Shown in pieces: positions 29,395-39,979 of a stretch of DNA of 64,000 nucleotides. Numbering within the stretch: the stretch's first letter is position 1; each line of letters opens with the position of its first letter. The notes under the pieces are model-generated. The model had not been told where the DNA came from, did no database searches, and was given only the letters and a program-made list of their open reading frames with translations. This DNA comes from Candidatus Spyradenecus sp. (GTDB lineage Bacteria > Verrucomicrobiota > Kiritimatiellia > RFP12 > DVOR01). Position numbers and translations under genes: made by a program. The stretch covers positions 7,782 through 71,781 of the forward strand of contig JAZRAG010000075.1 in assembly GCA_045634445.1 (NCBI GenBank), written 5' to 3'.

Positions 29395-29462
29395 GTTTTT
29401 GAAAACAAGCCTTTTTGCCTTTCAAAACAACCCTTTTTGATCTTGAAAAGAGGTTGTTTTGG
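29395..29462. repeat. copy of dispersed intergenic palindromic repeat family
   Basis: GAAAACAAGCCTTTTTG...CAAAACAACCCTTTTTGATCTTGAAAAGAGGTTGTTTTG imperfect palindrome. Confidence 0.7.
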
Positions 29463-29568
29463 GAGTCAATTTCAGCCTTTTCTAAAAACCGCTTAAAATC
29501 AAGCATTTAATGGCGCAGCGTTGAATGGATGCGCTCATGGTTGATGATGGGTGTAAAAGAGGGTTATG

Positions 29569-30489
29569 TTATGCGTCAAAGAGCCAGGTGGAGAGGTAGC
29601 GGTCGCCGCCGTCGGGGATGATGACGATGATGCGTTTGCCGGCGTAGGCTTCGTTGCGGGAGAGGTCGCGGGCTACTGAGAGGGCGGCGCCTGCTGAGAT
29701 GCCGACGAGTAAGCCATCGGTCTTGGCGATGGTACGCGCAGCTTCGCCAGCGGCTTCTGCGCTAACGGCGATGGCGCGTGTAATAAGGGCGGTGTCTAAG
29801 TTCTTGGGAATGAAGCCTGCGCCGATGCCTTGGAGTTTATGGGGGCCAGGGGTGCCACCACTGATAACGGGGGAGGTGTCTGGCTCTACAGCGATAACTT
29901 CGAGATTGGGATTCTTGGACTTAAGCACAGTCGCAATGCCCGAAAGGGTGCCACCAGTGCCAACGCCTGCGACTAAGACATCGACTTGGCCATCGGTGTC
30001 GCGCAGGAGCTCGTAGGCAGTCTGTTCGCGGTGGGCGGCGGGATTGGCTGGGTTTTCAAATTGTTGGGGAATCCAACTGCCTGGGTTGGCCGCTTGTAGG
30101 GCTTGGGCTTCTGCGATGGCGCCTGTCATGCCGCGTTCGCCTGGGGTGAGGACGAGTTCTGCACCATAGGCGGCAAGGAGCTTGCGGCGTTCGGCGCTCA
30201 TGGTTTCGGGCATGGTGAGGATGAGGCGATAGCCTTTAACGGCGGCGGCAAGGGCGAGGCCGATGCCTGTATTACCGCTAGTGGGTTCAATGATGAGGCC
30301 GCCAGGCGCGAGGAGTCCATCGCGTTCGGCGGCTTCAATCATGGCGAGGGCAACGCGGTCTTTGATGCTGCCACCGGGATTAAAGTATTCGACCTTGGCG
30401 AGGAGTTCTGCGTGGCCATCGTTGAATCGATTGAGGCGCACGAGAGGGGTGTTGCGGGCGGTCTCAAGGATGGTGTTGTAGATGGGCAT
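29569..30489 (-). CDS. cysK: cysteine synthase A (O-acetylserine sulfhydrylase)
   Basis: PLP-lysine region GGSIKDR, TSGNTG motif, GTGGT loop. Confidence 0.92.
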   Translation of the reverse strand: MPIYNTILETARNTPLVRLNRFNDGHAELLAKVEYFNPGGSIKDRVALAMIEAAERDGLLAPGGLIIEPTSGNTGIGLALAAAVKGYRLILTMPETMSAERRKLLAAYGAELVLTPGERGMTGAIAEAQALQAANPGSWIPQQFENPANPAAHREQTAYELLRDTDGQVDVLVAGVGTGGTLSGIATVLKSKNPNLEVIAVEPDTSPVISGGTPGPHKLQGIGAGFIPKNLDTALITRAIAVSAEAAGEAARTIAKTDGLLVGISAGAALSVARDLSRNEAYAGKRIIVIIPDGGDRYLSTWLFDA

Positions 30490-30512
30490 AGGAGGCTCTC
30501 GCGTAGGGTGGT

Positions 30513-31442
30513 TTAGCGGGCTTGTTTGGCGGTGGAGCCAACGCGATAACGGCCGCGGGTGGCAAGGAGGTAGATCTGTAAGGGGCTCCGATTGCCAGGG
30601 ATAATGCGGCGATGGATATCATCGGGCGCGGCTTCAATGGGGCGCATATACTTGCCCGTGGTTAAGATGTAGGTGTAGCCAATGGCTTTGACGGTGGCGC
30701 GTAAATCGTCTGCAGGGACGCCCACGGGCAAGGAGAAGAGTTTAGGGGAGTGACCAAGAACGCCCGTCATCCACTTGCGTGCGAGCTGGAGCTCGTCAGT
30801 GAGGGTGGGGGCGGAGACTTGGTCGGCCGCGATGGTGGAACCGAATTCAACGAGGCCTGAGCGCACCATTTCCTTGACTTCTAAGACTTTGAGGTGGTCG
30901 GCATTCTGGGGATCCAAGGGCGGAATGAGGCAGGTGGCCTTGGCTTTGAGTTTGCGTAGGATGGGGAAGAGGGCAAAGAAGGCGTCGCGGGTGCCGCCAT
31001 CAAAGGTGAGGACGACGGACTTCTGGTCGGGTGCTGCGATGGCTTCAGAGGTGGTGAGGAGTCGGTAGTTGGCCGCCTTGAGATTGAGGATGAGCTTTTC
31101 GAGGGCTGCAGGGTGGATGGTCTCCTCGGGGTGTGCGGGGTCAACGGGCTTTTCGGCCACGTGACGGAAGCAGAGGAAGATCGGCACATCGCGTGCAGAG
31201 CGCGGGCGCCACCAAGCAACCAAAAGCGAAATGAGTAATGTCACGCCCAACCAAACGGCTGCGCCGATGAGACGGGTTTGCCAAGTGAGTGGGCACATAA
31301 TCCAAATGGTCATCAAGACAACCCAAATGGCTGCTAACCAACGAAAGCGTGCTTCGTACGAAGAGAGAAGACCCAAAGTCATAGTTGACTCCTTGTTTGG
31401 GCTGTGAGTGCTTGTCCACCATGGGCCGCTCATCACAGTCAT
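30513..31442 (-). CDS. membrane-anchored polysaccharide deacetylase (NodB-homology domain)
   Basis: N-terminal TM helices, then TFDGGTRD (TFDDG-like) and His motif region. Confidence 0.68.
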   Translation of the reverse strand: MTVMSGPWWTSTHSPNKESTMTLGLLSSYEARFRWLAAIWVVLMTIWIMCPLTWQTRLIGAAVWLGVTLLISLLVAWWRPRSARDVPIFLCFRHVAEKPVDPAHPEETIHPAALEKLILNLKAANYRLLTTSEAIAAPDQKSVVLTFDGGTRDAFFALFPILRKLKAKATCLIPPLDPQNADHLKVLEVKEMVRSGLVEFGSTIAADQVSAPTLTDELQLARKWMTGVLGHSPKLFSLPVGVPADDLRATVKAIGYTYILTTGKYMRPIEAAPDDIHRRIIPGNRSPLQIYLLATRGRYRVGSTAKQAR

Positions 31443-31562
31443 TCAATAATGTAGCAAAATCACCCCTATGGGATAAACCCTTTTTTTGCTTCTTGTGTGC
31501 TTTTCTTGTGAGAACGCAGGGGAGCGGAGGAGGGGTGTACGGAGGGGTGGGATTTTAATTAC

Positions 31563-31592
31563 TTGACAGAGCACAGGGAGATTTGGTACAGT
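31563..31592 (+). promoter_or_regulatory. candidate sigma70 promoter for rpmH operon (TTGACA-N18-TACAGT)
   Basis: Consensus -35 at 31563-31568 and -10-like TACAGT ~31587; ~95 nt upstream of rpmH ATG. Confidence 0.4.
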
Positions 31593-31683
31593 TTCGGTTC
31601 ATTGCAGATTTTGGAATTTGAATCTTCGCAGATTTTGATTCGCAGATTTTGAATAGGTCTCAACGACGAGAGGAATACACATC

Positions 31684-31821
31684 ATGAAGATGACTTGGCA
31701 ACCTTCTAAGATTAAGCGCGTTCGCAAGATTGGTTTCCGCGCTCGCATGGCTACTAAGGGCGGTCGCAAGATCTTGGCTCGCCGCCGTGCTAAAGGCCGC
31801 AAGGCATTGGTTCACGCTTAA
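31684..31821 (+). CDS. rpmH: 50S ribosomal protein L34 (45 aa; below the ORF-track size cut-off)
   Basis: [45 protein letters not shown] matches L34 (MKRTFQPS..K...GFRARM.T..GR.VL.RRR.KGR..L). Confidence 0.92.
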   Translation: MKMTWQPSKIKRVRKIGFRARMATKGGRKILARRRAKGRKALVHA

Positions 31822-31844
31822 GTGAATCGCTCGGGGGGCACGCT

Positions 31845-32264
31845 GTGACCGATACCCCTGTGTGCGGCGTTGTTTCCAAAGGAGGCTCCTACCAGGCGCC
31901 TCCTTTGCTTTTGTCGCCTTTTAGACTCCCTGAAGACGTGTTTTCGGCGTTGTTTGAAAAGGGGAAGTCTGAGGCGAATCGCTCATTGGTGCTGCGTTAT
32001 GTGCCCAATGGGTTGGAGAAGACGCGCATAGGGGTGATTACGACGAAGCGGACGTTCCGTAGGGCGGTGGATCGCACGCGTGCCCGTAGGCTGATGCGTG
32101 AGGCGTTTCGATTGGAGCGTACGCAGTTGGCCGTGGGGTACGATTTGGTTTTGATTGGGCGGCAGGCTTTGACAACGCTGCGATGCCAAGAGGTGCGAAG
32201 CGACCTTTTAAAGTTGTGTCGCCGTGCGAAGTTGCTGGCGAATCAAGGTCGCAGTGGACAGTGA
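31845..32264 (+). CDS. rnpA: ribonuclease P protein component
   Basis: RnpA core [15 protein letters not shown]...[30 protein letters not shown]; true start may be a downstream non-ATG codon. Confidence 0.85.
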   Translation: MTDTPVCGVVSKGGSYQAPPLLLSPFRLPEDVFSALFEKGKSEANRSLVLRYVPNGLEKTRIGVITTKRTFRRAVDRTRARRLMREAFRLERTQLAVGYDLVLIGRQALTTLRCQEVRSDLLKLCRRAKLLANQGRSGQ

Positions 32265-32271
32265 GGCTATA

Positions 32272-32547
32272 ATGGCGCGTGCACGATGGCAACAATGGCT
32301 TGCGAATGGGTTGATTGCCTGCGTGCGGTTCTACCAGCAGACGTTGCATAGCTTCTTTGGGTATGGCAGCTGCCGTTTTACACCGACGTGTTCGCAGTAT
32401 ATGATTGAAGCGGTGCAGGTGTATGGGCCCTTTAAAGGGTTGGGCTTAGGGCTCTGGCGCATTTTACGATGTAACCCGTTTTGTCGGGGTGGGTACGACC
32501 CAGTACCATTGCCTCGACAGGACAGAAACGAGATGAATGATGAATAA
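32272..32547 (+). CDS. yidD: membrane protein insertion efficiency factor YidD
   Basis: [16 protein letters not shown]...[20 protein letters not shown] signature; ATG 32272. Confidence 0.85.
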   Translation: MARARWQQWLANGLIACVRFYQQTLHSFFGYGSCRFTPTCSQYMIEAVQVYGPFKGLGLGLWRILRCNPFCRGGYDPVPLPRQDRNEMNDE

Positions 32548-34210
32548 GAATGACAAGATTTGGGTGGTCGTATTGGTGGCCGCACTCTTGGGTTATTTTG
32601 CATGGAGTTGGCTCTCTCCGAAGCCAGCACAGCCTGCTCAGCCAGCGCCTGTAGTGGCGCCAGTAGCGCAGACTACCGCACCTGCGGTGACGCCGAGTGC
32701 GCCTGCGCCTGTAGTGGCTCCAACGCTTCAACCTGCGCAGCAGCAGTTCTACACGCTCAAGAATGACGAGGTGGTCTTGACCTTCTCTGATTTGGGCGCT
32801 CGTTTGACGAAGGCTGAACTCTTACAGTATCGCAAGGAAAACACCGAAGACTCCGCGCATGTGGTCTTGGAAACGGGTGATTTGATGAATCTCTCGTTTG
32901 AGGGCGCTGCGCAGTATTTGAAGTATCAGGTGGCAACGCCTGATGCGCAGACGTTGGTTTTCTCTACGGTGTTGCCGACAGGGGTGACCTTGGAACGTAC
33001 GGTGACGTTGGGCGATAACTACGTGGTAGGCGTGCGCGATGCCTTCCGTGCGGCTCAGAATGCAGCGATCGCTCCTTATCAGTTCAGTGCGGGTGCGTTT
33101 CATTTGACTGACAAGCAAGGCGATACGATTGGTTTTGATACGCTCGCTGCTGGTGAAGATGATCCCGAATACCATGAAGGGGATTTGGCAAAGCTCTTGG
33201 GTGCACGTAGCGCATTCTTGGGTTGCGGTACGAGTTCTGATCCGACTGGCTTGCCTTTGACGGGCAGTGCTTCTTTGGCTACTGCACAGACGTGGGTAGC
33301 ATTGAAGAGCCGCTTCTTTGCAACGTTGGTGATGCCTCCAGTGGCGGCGCCGTGCACGTATGGCGTGTCGCGTGATCCTGCGGCTAAGACGTTGCAGATT
33401 ACAGGCGTGAATGCCGCCTTTACCTATCCTGCGATGCAGCTCACGGGCGGAGTTTCTTCTGGCGTGGTGACGCGTTTGTACGTGGGCCCTAAGTTGTTGA
33501 GCAATCTCAAGGCTTTTGGTAACAATGCAGACGACGTGATGGACTTCGGGATGTTCTCGTGGTTCTGCGCATTACTCTTGCCGATTTTGAACTTCTTCTA
33601 CAACTTAATCCCGAACTACGGCGTGGCGATTGTGCTGTTGACCCTGCTCGTGCGTGTGGTCTTCTGGCCGTTGACGCACAAGAGCACGGTTTCGATGCGT
33701 AAGATGAGTGTGGTGCAGCCTCAGATTAAGGCCTTGCAGGCACAGTTTAAGGATAATCCGCAGAAGTTGCAACAGGAAACGCTTAAGCTCTATCGCGAGC
33801 ACAAGGTGAATCCTTTCTCGAGTTGCTTGCCGATGTTGGTGCAGATTCCGATCTTCATTGCGCTTTTCACGGTGTTGCGCTCTGCAGTGGAATTGCGTTT
33901 CGCCGACTTCCTCTGGATTGCCGACCTTTCGCAGCCTGAAAACCTCTTTGCAGGTATCTTGCCGATGCCGCTCAATATCTTGCCGATTTTGACGGCCGTT
34001 ACGATGGGTTTGCAGACGCACCTTTCGCCCGCTTCGGGTGACCCTGCGCAGAAGAAGATGATGACGTGGATGATGCCGATTATGTTGCTCTTCATGTTCT
34101 ACTCGATGCCGTCTGCGCTCTGCTTGTATTGGACGATTTCGCAGGTCCTTTCGATTGCACAGATGTGGTACATCCACAAGACTACGGCCACAACGCCGAC
34201 TAACGCTTAA
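32537..34210 (+). CDS. yidC: membrane protein insertase YidC
   Basis: N-terminal TM, large periplasmic domain, 5-TM C-terminal core ([20 protein letters not shown]...MQPQIKALQ). Confidence 0.9.
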   Translation: MMNKNDKIWVVVLVAALLGYFAWSWLSPKPAQPAQPAPVVAPVAQTTAPAVTPSAPAPVVAPTLQPAQQQFYTLKNDEVVLTFSDLGARLTKAELLQYRKENTEDSAHVVLETGDLMNLSFEGAAQYLKYQVATPDAQTLVFSTVLPTGVTLERTVTLGDNYVVGVRDAFRAAQNAAIAPYQFSAGAFHLTDKQGDTIGFDTLAAGEDDPEYHEGDLAKLLGARSAFLGCGTSSDPTGLPLTGSASLATAQTWVALKSRFFATLVMPPVAAPCTYGVSRDPAAKTLQITGVNAAFTYPAMQLTGGVSSGVVTRLYVGPKLLSNLKAFGNNADDVMDFGMFSWFCALLLPILNFFYNLIPNYGVAIVLLTLLVRVVFWPLTHKSTVSMRKMSVVQPQIKALQAQFKDNPQKLQQETLKLYREHKVNPFSSCLPMLVQIPIFIALFTVLRSAVELRFADFLWIADLSQPENLFAGILPMPLNILPILTAVTMGLQTHLSPASGDPAQKKMMTWMMPIMLLFMFYSMPSALCLYWTISQVLSIAQMWYIHKTTATTPTNA

Positions 34211-34218
34211 GTAATACC

Positions 34219-35088
34219 ATGAAAGCTCAAGATATTACAGCCGTTTCCGCAGTGCTCCCTTCATCGGAGGCTGCGGAATGTCTTTTAGAATTGCTCGATG
34301 CTGATGCCTTTACACCCACCGTTTGGGAAGACATTGAAACGGGTAATGTGCGTTTAGACATCTTCTTGGAAGATCCTGCTGCAGCCGAAGGTGTAGAAGA
34401 CGCTGTGCGTGCAACGGCAGCGATCGCAGGCCTTGAGGTGCAGCTGACGCGCGATACGCTCCCTGCGGCAGATTGGTCGGAAGCGTGGAAGCGTTTCTTC
34501 CATGTGGAGCACATCACCAACCGTGTTACGATTCGTCCTTCTTGGGAAGATTACGCAGCGCGTGAAGGTGAAGTGGTGATTACGCTTGACCCCGGAATGA
34601 GCTTCGGTACAGGGAAGCATCCGACAACGCGTGCCTGCTTAGAAATGCTTGATGAGCTCGCTGTGGGCGATTTGAATCGTCCAGTGTTGGACATGGGCTG
34701 CGGCAGTGGGATTCTCTCGATTGCAGCGCAGAAGTTGGGCTTTACGCATGTGCGTGGGTTTGATTATGATGCGGATGCTGTGGCCGTGGCAAAGGAAAAT
34801 GCTGAGCTGAATGGCGTATGTATTCCGTATGAAACGCGCGACTTGGCGAATAACTTGGATCAGGGCGCTGTAGTGCTTGCCAATATCTTGGGCCCTGTCT
34901 TGATTGAATACGCTGCAGAAGTGGCATGTGCTGTATTGCCAGGGGGCGCTTTGGTTGCTTCGGGTATCTTGGATACGCTCTATCCTGAAGTGAAGGCTGC
35001 TTTTGAAAAGTACGGCTTGCAAGAGGTTTCGTCGCGCTTGATTGGTGAATGGCGTTCGGGCCTTTTCACGCGCTCAATGGAGGACTAA
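34219..35088 (+). CDS. prmA: ribosomal protein L11 methyltransferase
   Basis: SAM motif LDMGCGSGILSIAA, DYDADAV, PrmA N-domain. Confidence 0.87.
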   Translation: MKAQDITAVSAVLPSSEAAECLLELLDADAFTPTVWEDIETGNVRLDIFLEDPAAAEGVEDAVRATAAIAGLEVQLTRDTLPAADWSEAWKRFFHVEHITNRVTIRPSWEDYAAREGEVVITLDPGMSFGTGKHPTTRACLEMLDELAVGDLNRPVLDMGCGSGILSIAAQKLGFTHVRGFDYDADAVAVAKENAELNGVCIPYETRDLANNLDQGAVVLANILGPVLIEYAAEVACAVLPGGALVASGILDTLYPEVKAAFEKYGLQEVSSRLIGEWRSGLFTRSMED

Positions 35089-35089
35089 G

Positions 35090-36163
35090 ATGGAATTCGC
35101 AAATCTCGTTGCGTGGCTTCCTTGCGTAGGCCAGTGGATCGCGGCTATTTTTGCGATGGCCTTTGGTATGTGGGTCTTAACCAAGAGTGCGGACCTCTTT
35201 GTTGAAGGCGCAGTAGCGCTTGCAACGCGCCTTAAAATGCCCGCATTGCTTGTGGGCTTCATCATCGTAGGATTTGGCACAAGCGCGCCCGAAATGTTAG
35301 TTTCTGCGCTTGCAGCGGCACAGGGCTCCACGCCGTTGTCGCTTGGAAATGCCTACGGAAGCAACATCACGAATGTGCTATTGATTTTAGGCGTGTCGAT
35401 GTTGGTGGCGCCGATTGTGCTTCATCGCGCAGCGCTTCGCCGCGATGTGCCCTTTTTGCTGGGCATTATCGCCTTGTTCTTCCTCTTGGGTTTGAATGGT
35501 TTTTCACGCTTAGACGGCATTATTCTGGTGAGCGTCTTTTTGCTCTTTTTGGGTTGGCAGATTGGGATGGTGTTTCATCAACGTAAGACTGGCACTGTCA
35601 ATGCGGAAGAAGAAATCGCGCAAGATGCTGAAAAGTCAATGGGCATCATCCTTTCGCAGACCTTTGGTGGTTTAGGATTGCTCTTGCTTTCTTCTCAGAT
35701 TTTGGTGAGTGCGGCTTGTTTTATGGCGAATCGTGCGGCTGCAGCGGCTGGAATTACGCCTGAAGCTGCAGAACTCATCGTAGGCGTTACGATTGTGGCA
35801 CTGGGTACTTCTTTACCTGAATTGATGGCATCTGTCGCTGCAATGCGTCATGGACAACCCGACATCGCGCTTGGCAATGTGGTGGGGTCAAACTGCTTTA
35901 ACATTTGTATTGTGGCAGGGTTGGCATTGATTATTCGCCCAACGGTGGGTGAGAGTGTGCCTTCTGCATTGATGGTGCGTGATCCTTTGATTATGTTGGG
36001 GACGACTCTTTTGCTTGCTTGCTGCGGTTGGGGCGCGTGGGCGCTCTTGAATCGACGCGGGAAGCGTGGCGAGGCGATTACTTTGACGCGTTGGTGGGGG
36101 GTACTTTACCTCGCCCTTTGGATTGGCTATACCTTGCTTGCGGTGTGTTGCACGCGCGATTAA
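35090..36163 (+). CDS. Ca2+/cation antiporter (CaCA/YrbG family)
   Basis: Two alpha-repeats GFGTSAPEMLVS and LGTSLPELMASV. Confidence 0.8.
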   Translation: MEFANLVAWLPCVGQWIAAIFAMAFGMWVLTKSADLFVEGAVALATRLKMPALLVGFIIVGFGTSAPEMLVSALAAAQGSTPLSLGNAYGSNITNVLLILGVSMLVAPIVLHRAALRRDVPFLLGIIALFFLLGLNGFSRLDGIILVSVFLLFLGWQIGMVFHQRKTGTVNAEEEIAQDAEKSMGIILSQTFGGLGLLLLSSQILVSAACFMANRAAAAAGITPEAAELIVGVTIVALGTSLPELMASVAAMRHGQPDIALGNVVGSNCFNICIVAGLALIIRPTVGESVPSALMVRDPLIMLGTTLLLACCGWGAWALLNRRGKRGEAITLTRWWGVLYLALWIGYTLLAVCCTRD

Positions 36164-36196
36164 GGGACTCTGTTAGAAGTGAGCGATTAGAAGACG

Positions 36197-36727
36197 ATGA
36201 GCCTTTTTTTAATCATTCTTGAGTTGTTTATCTTTACGTGCATTCCAGCATTAGAACTGCGCTTCTCCATTCCGATGGGATTTTTCGCTTTAAAGACCGA
36301 GGCGGGCGTTCCTTTAGATTGGTGGTGGGTGGCAATTATTTGCACGGTGGCAAACATCATCTTAGGCATTGGTGTGTATGAGATACTTTTGCCTATTTTG
36401 CGCTTTATGTGCCGCTTTAAGTGGTTCGCAGATAAACTTTGGAAGCATGTAGAAGTGCGTCGCGATAAGTTGCGCCCAGTAGTAGAGAAGTATGGCGAAT
36501 GGGGCTTGGCGCTCTTTATTGGCGTGCCACTTCCTGGAACGGGCGCAGTGACAGGTGCAGCGGGGGCCTTTTTGCTTGGATTTAAGCGTTCGCGCTTTTA
36601 CATTGCGAACATCGTGGGCGTTCTTATCGCAGCGATTTGCGTGACGGCGCTTTGCCTTTTGATTCAAAATGGCGTGGTGGCAGAAGATTCCTTCTTACGG
36701 ACGCTCTTTATCAAAGACGTGCATTAA
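36197..36727 (+). CDS. small integral membrane protein (putative small multidrug export protein family, COG2426-like)
   Basis: 4 TM, motif GVPLPGTGAVTGAAGAFLLG. Confidence 0.45.
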   Translation: MSLFLIILELFIFTCIPALELRFSIPMGFFALKTEAGVPLDWWWVAIICTVANIILGIGVYEILLPILRFMCRFKWFADKLWKHVEVRRDKLRPVVEKYGEWGLALFIGVPLPGTGAVTGAAGAFLLGFKRSRFYIANIVGVLIAAICVTALCLLIQNGVVAEDSFLRTLFIKDVH

Positions 36728-36750
36728 AGGCGAAAGTCTCGTGTAATACG

Positions 36751-36782
36751 ACCGCTCGGCGCACGCTGAGCGGTTCTTTTTT
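36751..36782 (+). terminator. intrinsic terminator (accgctcggc/gctgagcggt + TCTTTTTT)
   Basis: 10-bp stem with one mismatch, T-run. Confidence 0.65.
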
Positions 36783-36923
36783 GGGTGTTGATGTACGTAT
36801 TTTTGGGTGCACAGTGGGGAATGCATTTCGCAAAAGAAATGCTTTTCTACCTTGCGCTTCAGTTTAATTGGTGGTATGCTTTAAGTAGTATTATTTGAGT
36901 ACTCTCTGGCAAAGGAGCCAACT

Positions 36924-37571
36924 ATGGATTTTCTAAAGACGTTTTCTCTCTTCGCAACGGTTGCAGCAGTGATTTCTTTGACGGGTTGCCAGCAGGCAAA
37001 GACTGTAAAAACGCAAGAGCCTGTATCTGCTGGAGAGACTGCTACGCAGGCTCAGGATACGTTGGCTGCATGGCTCGCAGAGGCCAAGGAACCTACAGTG
37101 GTGGCATGTTCTGTTAGCCGTGATATAGCGCCGACGGCTGTGGATGGCTTTAATACGATTGCTGAGAAGGTTGCTGCGATTTATCAGGCTGTCTATGCCG
37201 AAGCTCAAGAAACGGCCACGGCACGTGATTCTGGCGATGTGATGGCCGATGCAGTGCTTGCAAAGGTCGCAGAGGGCGTTGCAAATGGCGAAACTTCTGT
37301 TGATTGGAAGTCTGCTGCACAAGATGCCGTGATCTCCAATTATCAGGAAACGGTGAAGGCGATTGAAGAACAGCGTAAGACTTTGGCAGATTATTCGGTT
37401 TCGTTGAAGTCTGAGCCCTCTGTTGCCGCAATCACGAATGGCGTTGAGAAGACCTCAGTTTTGATTAAGATGGGTAAGGATACCGCGGAATTGGGTCGTC
37501 AATTGAAGGCCGCAGGTGAAGGCGCTTCTGCGATTCGTATGCGTCGCATCTCTACCGCACTTGGAAAATAA
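36924..37571 (+). CDS. lipoprotein, helical, unknown function
   Basis: Signal + lipobox LTGC; Ala/Glu-rich. Confidence 0.5.
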   Translation: MDFLKTFSLFATVAAVISLTGCQQAKTVKTQEPVSAGETATQAQDTLAAWLAEAKEPTVVACSVSRDIAPTAVDGFNTIAEKVAAIYQAVYAEAQETATARDSGDVMADAVLAKVAEGVANGETSVDWKSAAQDAVISNYQETVKAIEEQRKTLADYSVSLKSEPSVAAITNGVEKTSVLIKMGKDTAELGRQLKAAGEGASAIRMRRISTALGK

Positions 37572-37728
37572 GCCCGTTTTGAATAAGGGTTGAATTAACC
37601 CTAAAAAGCACTGCTTTTAAAATTAAATAAGGGTTGAATCGCAAGGCAATTAAAGCCTTTTCATTTGGCCTTGCAAATCGCCTGTAAAAAGGTGTTTTAT
37701 CCTTAGTTTAAAAGGTCTGGGGGAATCA

Positions 37729-38913
37729 ATGGCCAAACTCCTCATTTACAAGGATTATTTTCGTTCTGGACGCGGTGCCGACCGCGCAACTGCGACCTTG
37801 GCGAATGCAATGGCTGCGCGTGGATATGACGTGCATGTCGTCACGTTACAGCCCGCAAAAGAACCTTTCTCTGTGACATTCGCTCCAGCGGTAACTTGCC
37901 ATTGTCTCCCGAACCCAAAACGCCCCTTTGCGCGACAACTGAATAAGTGGTTGCTTACTTCTGCTGTAGGTGAACGCATCCTTGCGCGTTGCTTTCCGAA
38001 GTTGGATATTGTGCGCGTTGTTTCAAAGCGTTTGCAAGCGATGATTGAGCGTATTGCACCAGATGTAGTGGTGGCGGCAGGGACGAATGAATGCGTGGAC
38101 ATTCTACTCGCAGGCCCCATCCCAGCGCCTGTAGTAACGATGTTTCATGTGTTCCCGCCAGAGTGTTTCCGCAAGAATAAGTTCCGTCGCGTTTCTCGGT
38201 TAAAGGTCGTTTTGCAGCATGTGGCGGAGTGTCAGGTGTTGCTGCCCTCGCATTGCGAGACTTTGCGTCCATATACAACTGCGCCGATTACTGCGATTGG
38301 GAATGGGGTGTCATATCCTGCAGACGAGGCTTTGCCAAGTGTGACTTCGCGCGACAAGAGCATTGTCTATGTAGCCTACTTCTCAAAGGATAAGAATCAC
38401 CTCGAATTATTAGACGCATTTGCGCGTTTAAATGCTCCAGATTGGACGCTTCACCTTTATGGAAGCGGTACGCCAGAGTGGGAAACGCGTTTGAAGACGC
38501 GTGCAGAAGAACTCGGCATTACCGCGCGCGTTCGTTTTATGGGAATTACGCACACGCCGCGCCCAATCTTATTGCGCGCCGGGATCTGCGCATTTGCATC
38601 CAAGGTGGAAGGGTTTGGCTTGGCACTTGCAGAAGCGATGTGGTGTGGCTTACCTTGCGTGGGCTTTAAGCATGCTCCAGGCGTGAATGAATTGATTACT
38701 CACGAGGCAAATGGCTTGCTCGCAGAGGATGGCGCAGAAGCCTACGCAGCACAGTTGCAGCGTCTGATTGATGATGAAAGTTTACGTGACCATTTAGGCG
38801 AAGTCGCCGCACGAACTGCACGTCGCACATGGTCGCAAGCAACCGTTGAGCAACAATGGGACGATTTATTCCAACGCAATATGCATAAAGCTACGAACGC
38901 AACTGAAGCGTAA
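37729..38913 (+). CDS. glycosyltransferase family 4 (GT-B, retaining)
   Basis: EX7E motif region EGFGLALAEAMWCGLPCV; GT4 N-domain. Confidence 0.8.
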   Translation: MAKLLIYKDYFRSGRGADRATATLANAMAARGYDVHVVTLQPAKEPFSVTFAPAVTCHCLPNPKRPFARQLNKWLLTSAVGERILARCFPKLDIVRVVSKRLQAMIERIAPDVVVAAGTNECVDILLAGPIPAPVVTMFHVFPPECFRKNKFRRVSRLKVVLQHVAECQVLLPSHCETLRPYTTAPITAIGNGVSYPADEALPSVTSRDKSIVYVAYFSKDKNHLELLDAFARLNAPDWTLHLYGSGTPEWETRLKTRAEELGITARVRFMGITHTPRPILLRAGICAFASKVEGFGLALAEAMWCGLPCVGFKHAPGVNELITHEANGLLAEDGAEAYAAQLQRLIDDESLRDHLGEVAARTARRTWSQATVEQQWDDLFQRNMHKATNATEA

Positions 38914-39138
38914 TCGCAAAAAACGTATTTTAAATCGGCTTAATTACCCCTGAAAACGCCTTTAATAAAGGTTTTTCTCAGGGGTAAACCCTTATTTATG
39001 AGGGTTTTAGAGAGGAAAAGTTAAAAAAAGCCCTTTAAATCAACTTTTCTGCTTGATTTTTTTAAATTAAAAATCCATAATAAGAGCATATTCGGCGGAT
39101 GACCTGCCGGACAAACACAATCAAGGAGTTATTCCCCC

Positions 39139-39444
39139 ATGGCTAAGAAGACGACTGCCAAGCCGATGACCAAGGCTGCAATGATCGATGCACTCGCTAA
39201 GGACACTGGTTTCACCAAGGTGACCATTGAAGAAGTTTACGGTGCAATCCTCGCTCTCACCGCTAAGGAAACCAAGAAGGTTGGCGCCTTCACCCTTCCT
39301 GGCCTCGGCAAGTTCGCTGTCGTTCAGCGCAAGGCTCGCATGGGCCGCAACCCCGCCACCAAGGAAGCAATGAAGATTCCCGCCAAGAAGGCTGTGAAGT
39401 TCACCGTTTCCAAGTTGGTGAAGGACAAGGTCCTCGGCAAGTAA
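39139..39444 (+). CDS. hup: HU-family nucleoid-associated DNA-binding protein with N-terminal Lys-rich extension
   Basis: GAFTLPGLGKF...RNP.T beta-arm signature. Confidence 0.88.
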   Translation: MAKKTTAKPMTKAAMIDALAKDTGFTKVTIEEVYGAILALTAKETKKVGAFTLPGLGKFAVVQRKARMGRNPATKEAMKIPAKKAVKFTVSKLVKDKVLGK

Positions 39445-39467
39445 GCTTTAGCTGAAATGCATTTAGC

Positions 39468-39500
39468 AGGCATGGAGCAATCCGTGCCTGTTATTTTATA
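39468..39500 (+). terminator. intrinsic terminator after hup (aggcatgg/ccgtgcct + TTATTTTAT)
   Basis: 8-bp stem with one G-U, U-rich tail. Confidence 0.6.
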
Positions 39501-39979
39501 TTTAAATCAAATGGAAATATATTTTGAATAGCGAAAACAGAAATCAGTTACAATTTACCTGCAATTGGCATGTAGTATTTTGTTAAAGAAATCACGCATG
39601 TGTCGTTTATGCGGGTATTGAATAATGCGACACTCTAAAGATTAAAATTTAAAGTGTATTGGTTGTTAATGGACCATTATGAAATAGTTAAAGGAATCAG
39701 CTAATTAGAAATATTGACGCGTGGAATGTAAAAGTAATACTTGACGTGCACTTTTACTGACGCTTTGAATGTAAAAATGTTAGATTTTTGTTAGAAATAT
39801 TCATATAGATGTGTGAGTTGGCGATTAAAGAAAGTAATAAATCATTGAAAATATAAGGAGTTATTAACATCTTAATGGTTTAGAATAAAGTGATGTAAAA
39901 TAAAGAAAGATGTTGTAGTATTTACGATGAGTGTGTTAGAATACTTTCGAAATGAAGATGATTATGTGAAGAAGGCTGT

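Noticed and set aside
31599-31802. 67-aa minus-strand ORF upstream of yidD/rnpA
   Set aside because: It overlaps rpmH on the opposite strand. rpmH (L34) is unmistakable although below the ORF-track cut-off.
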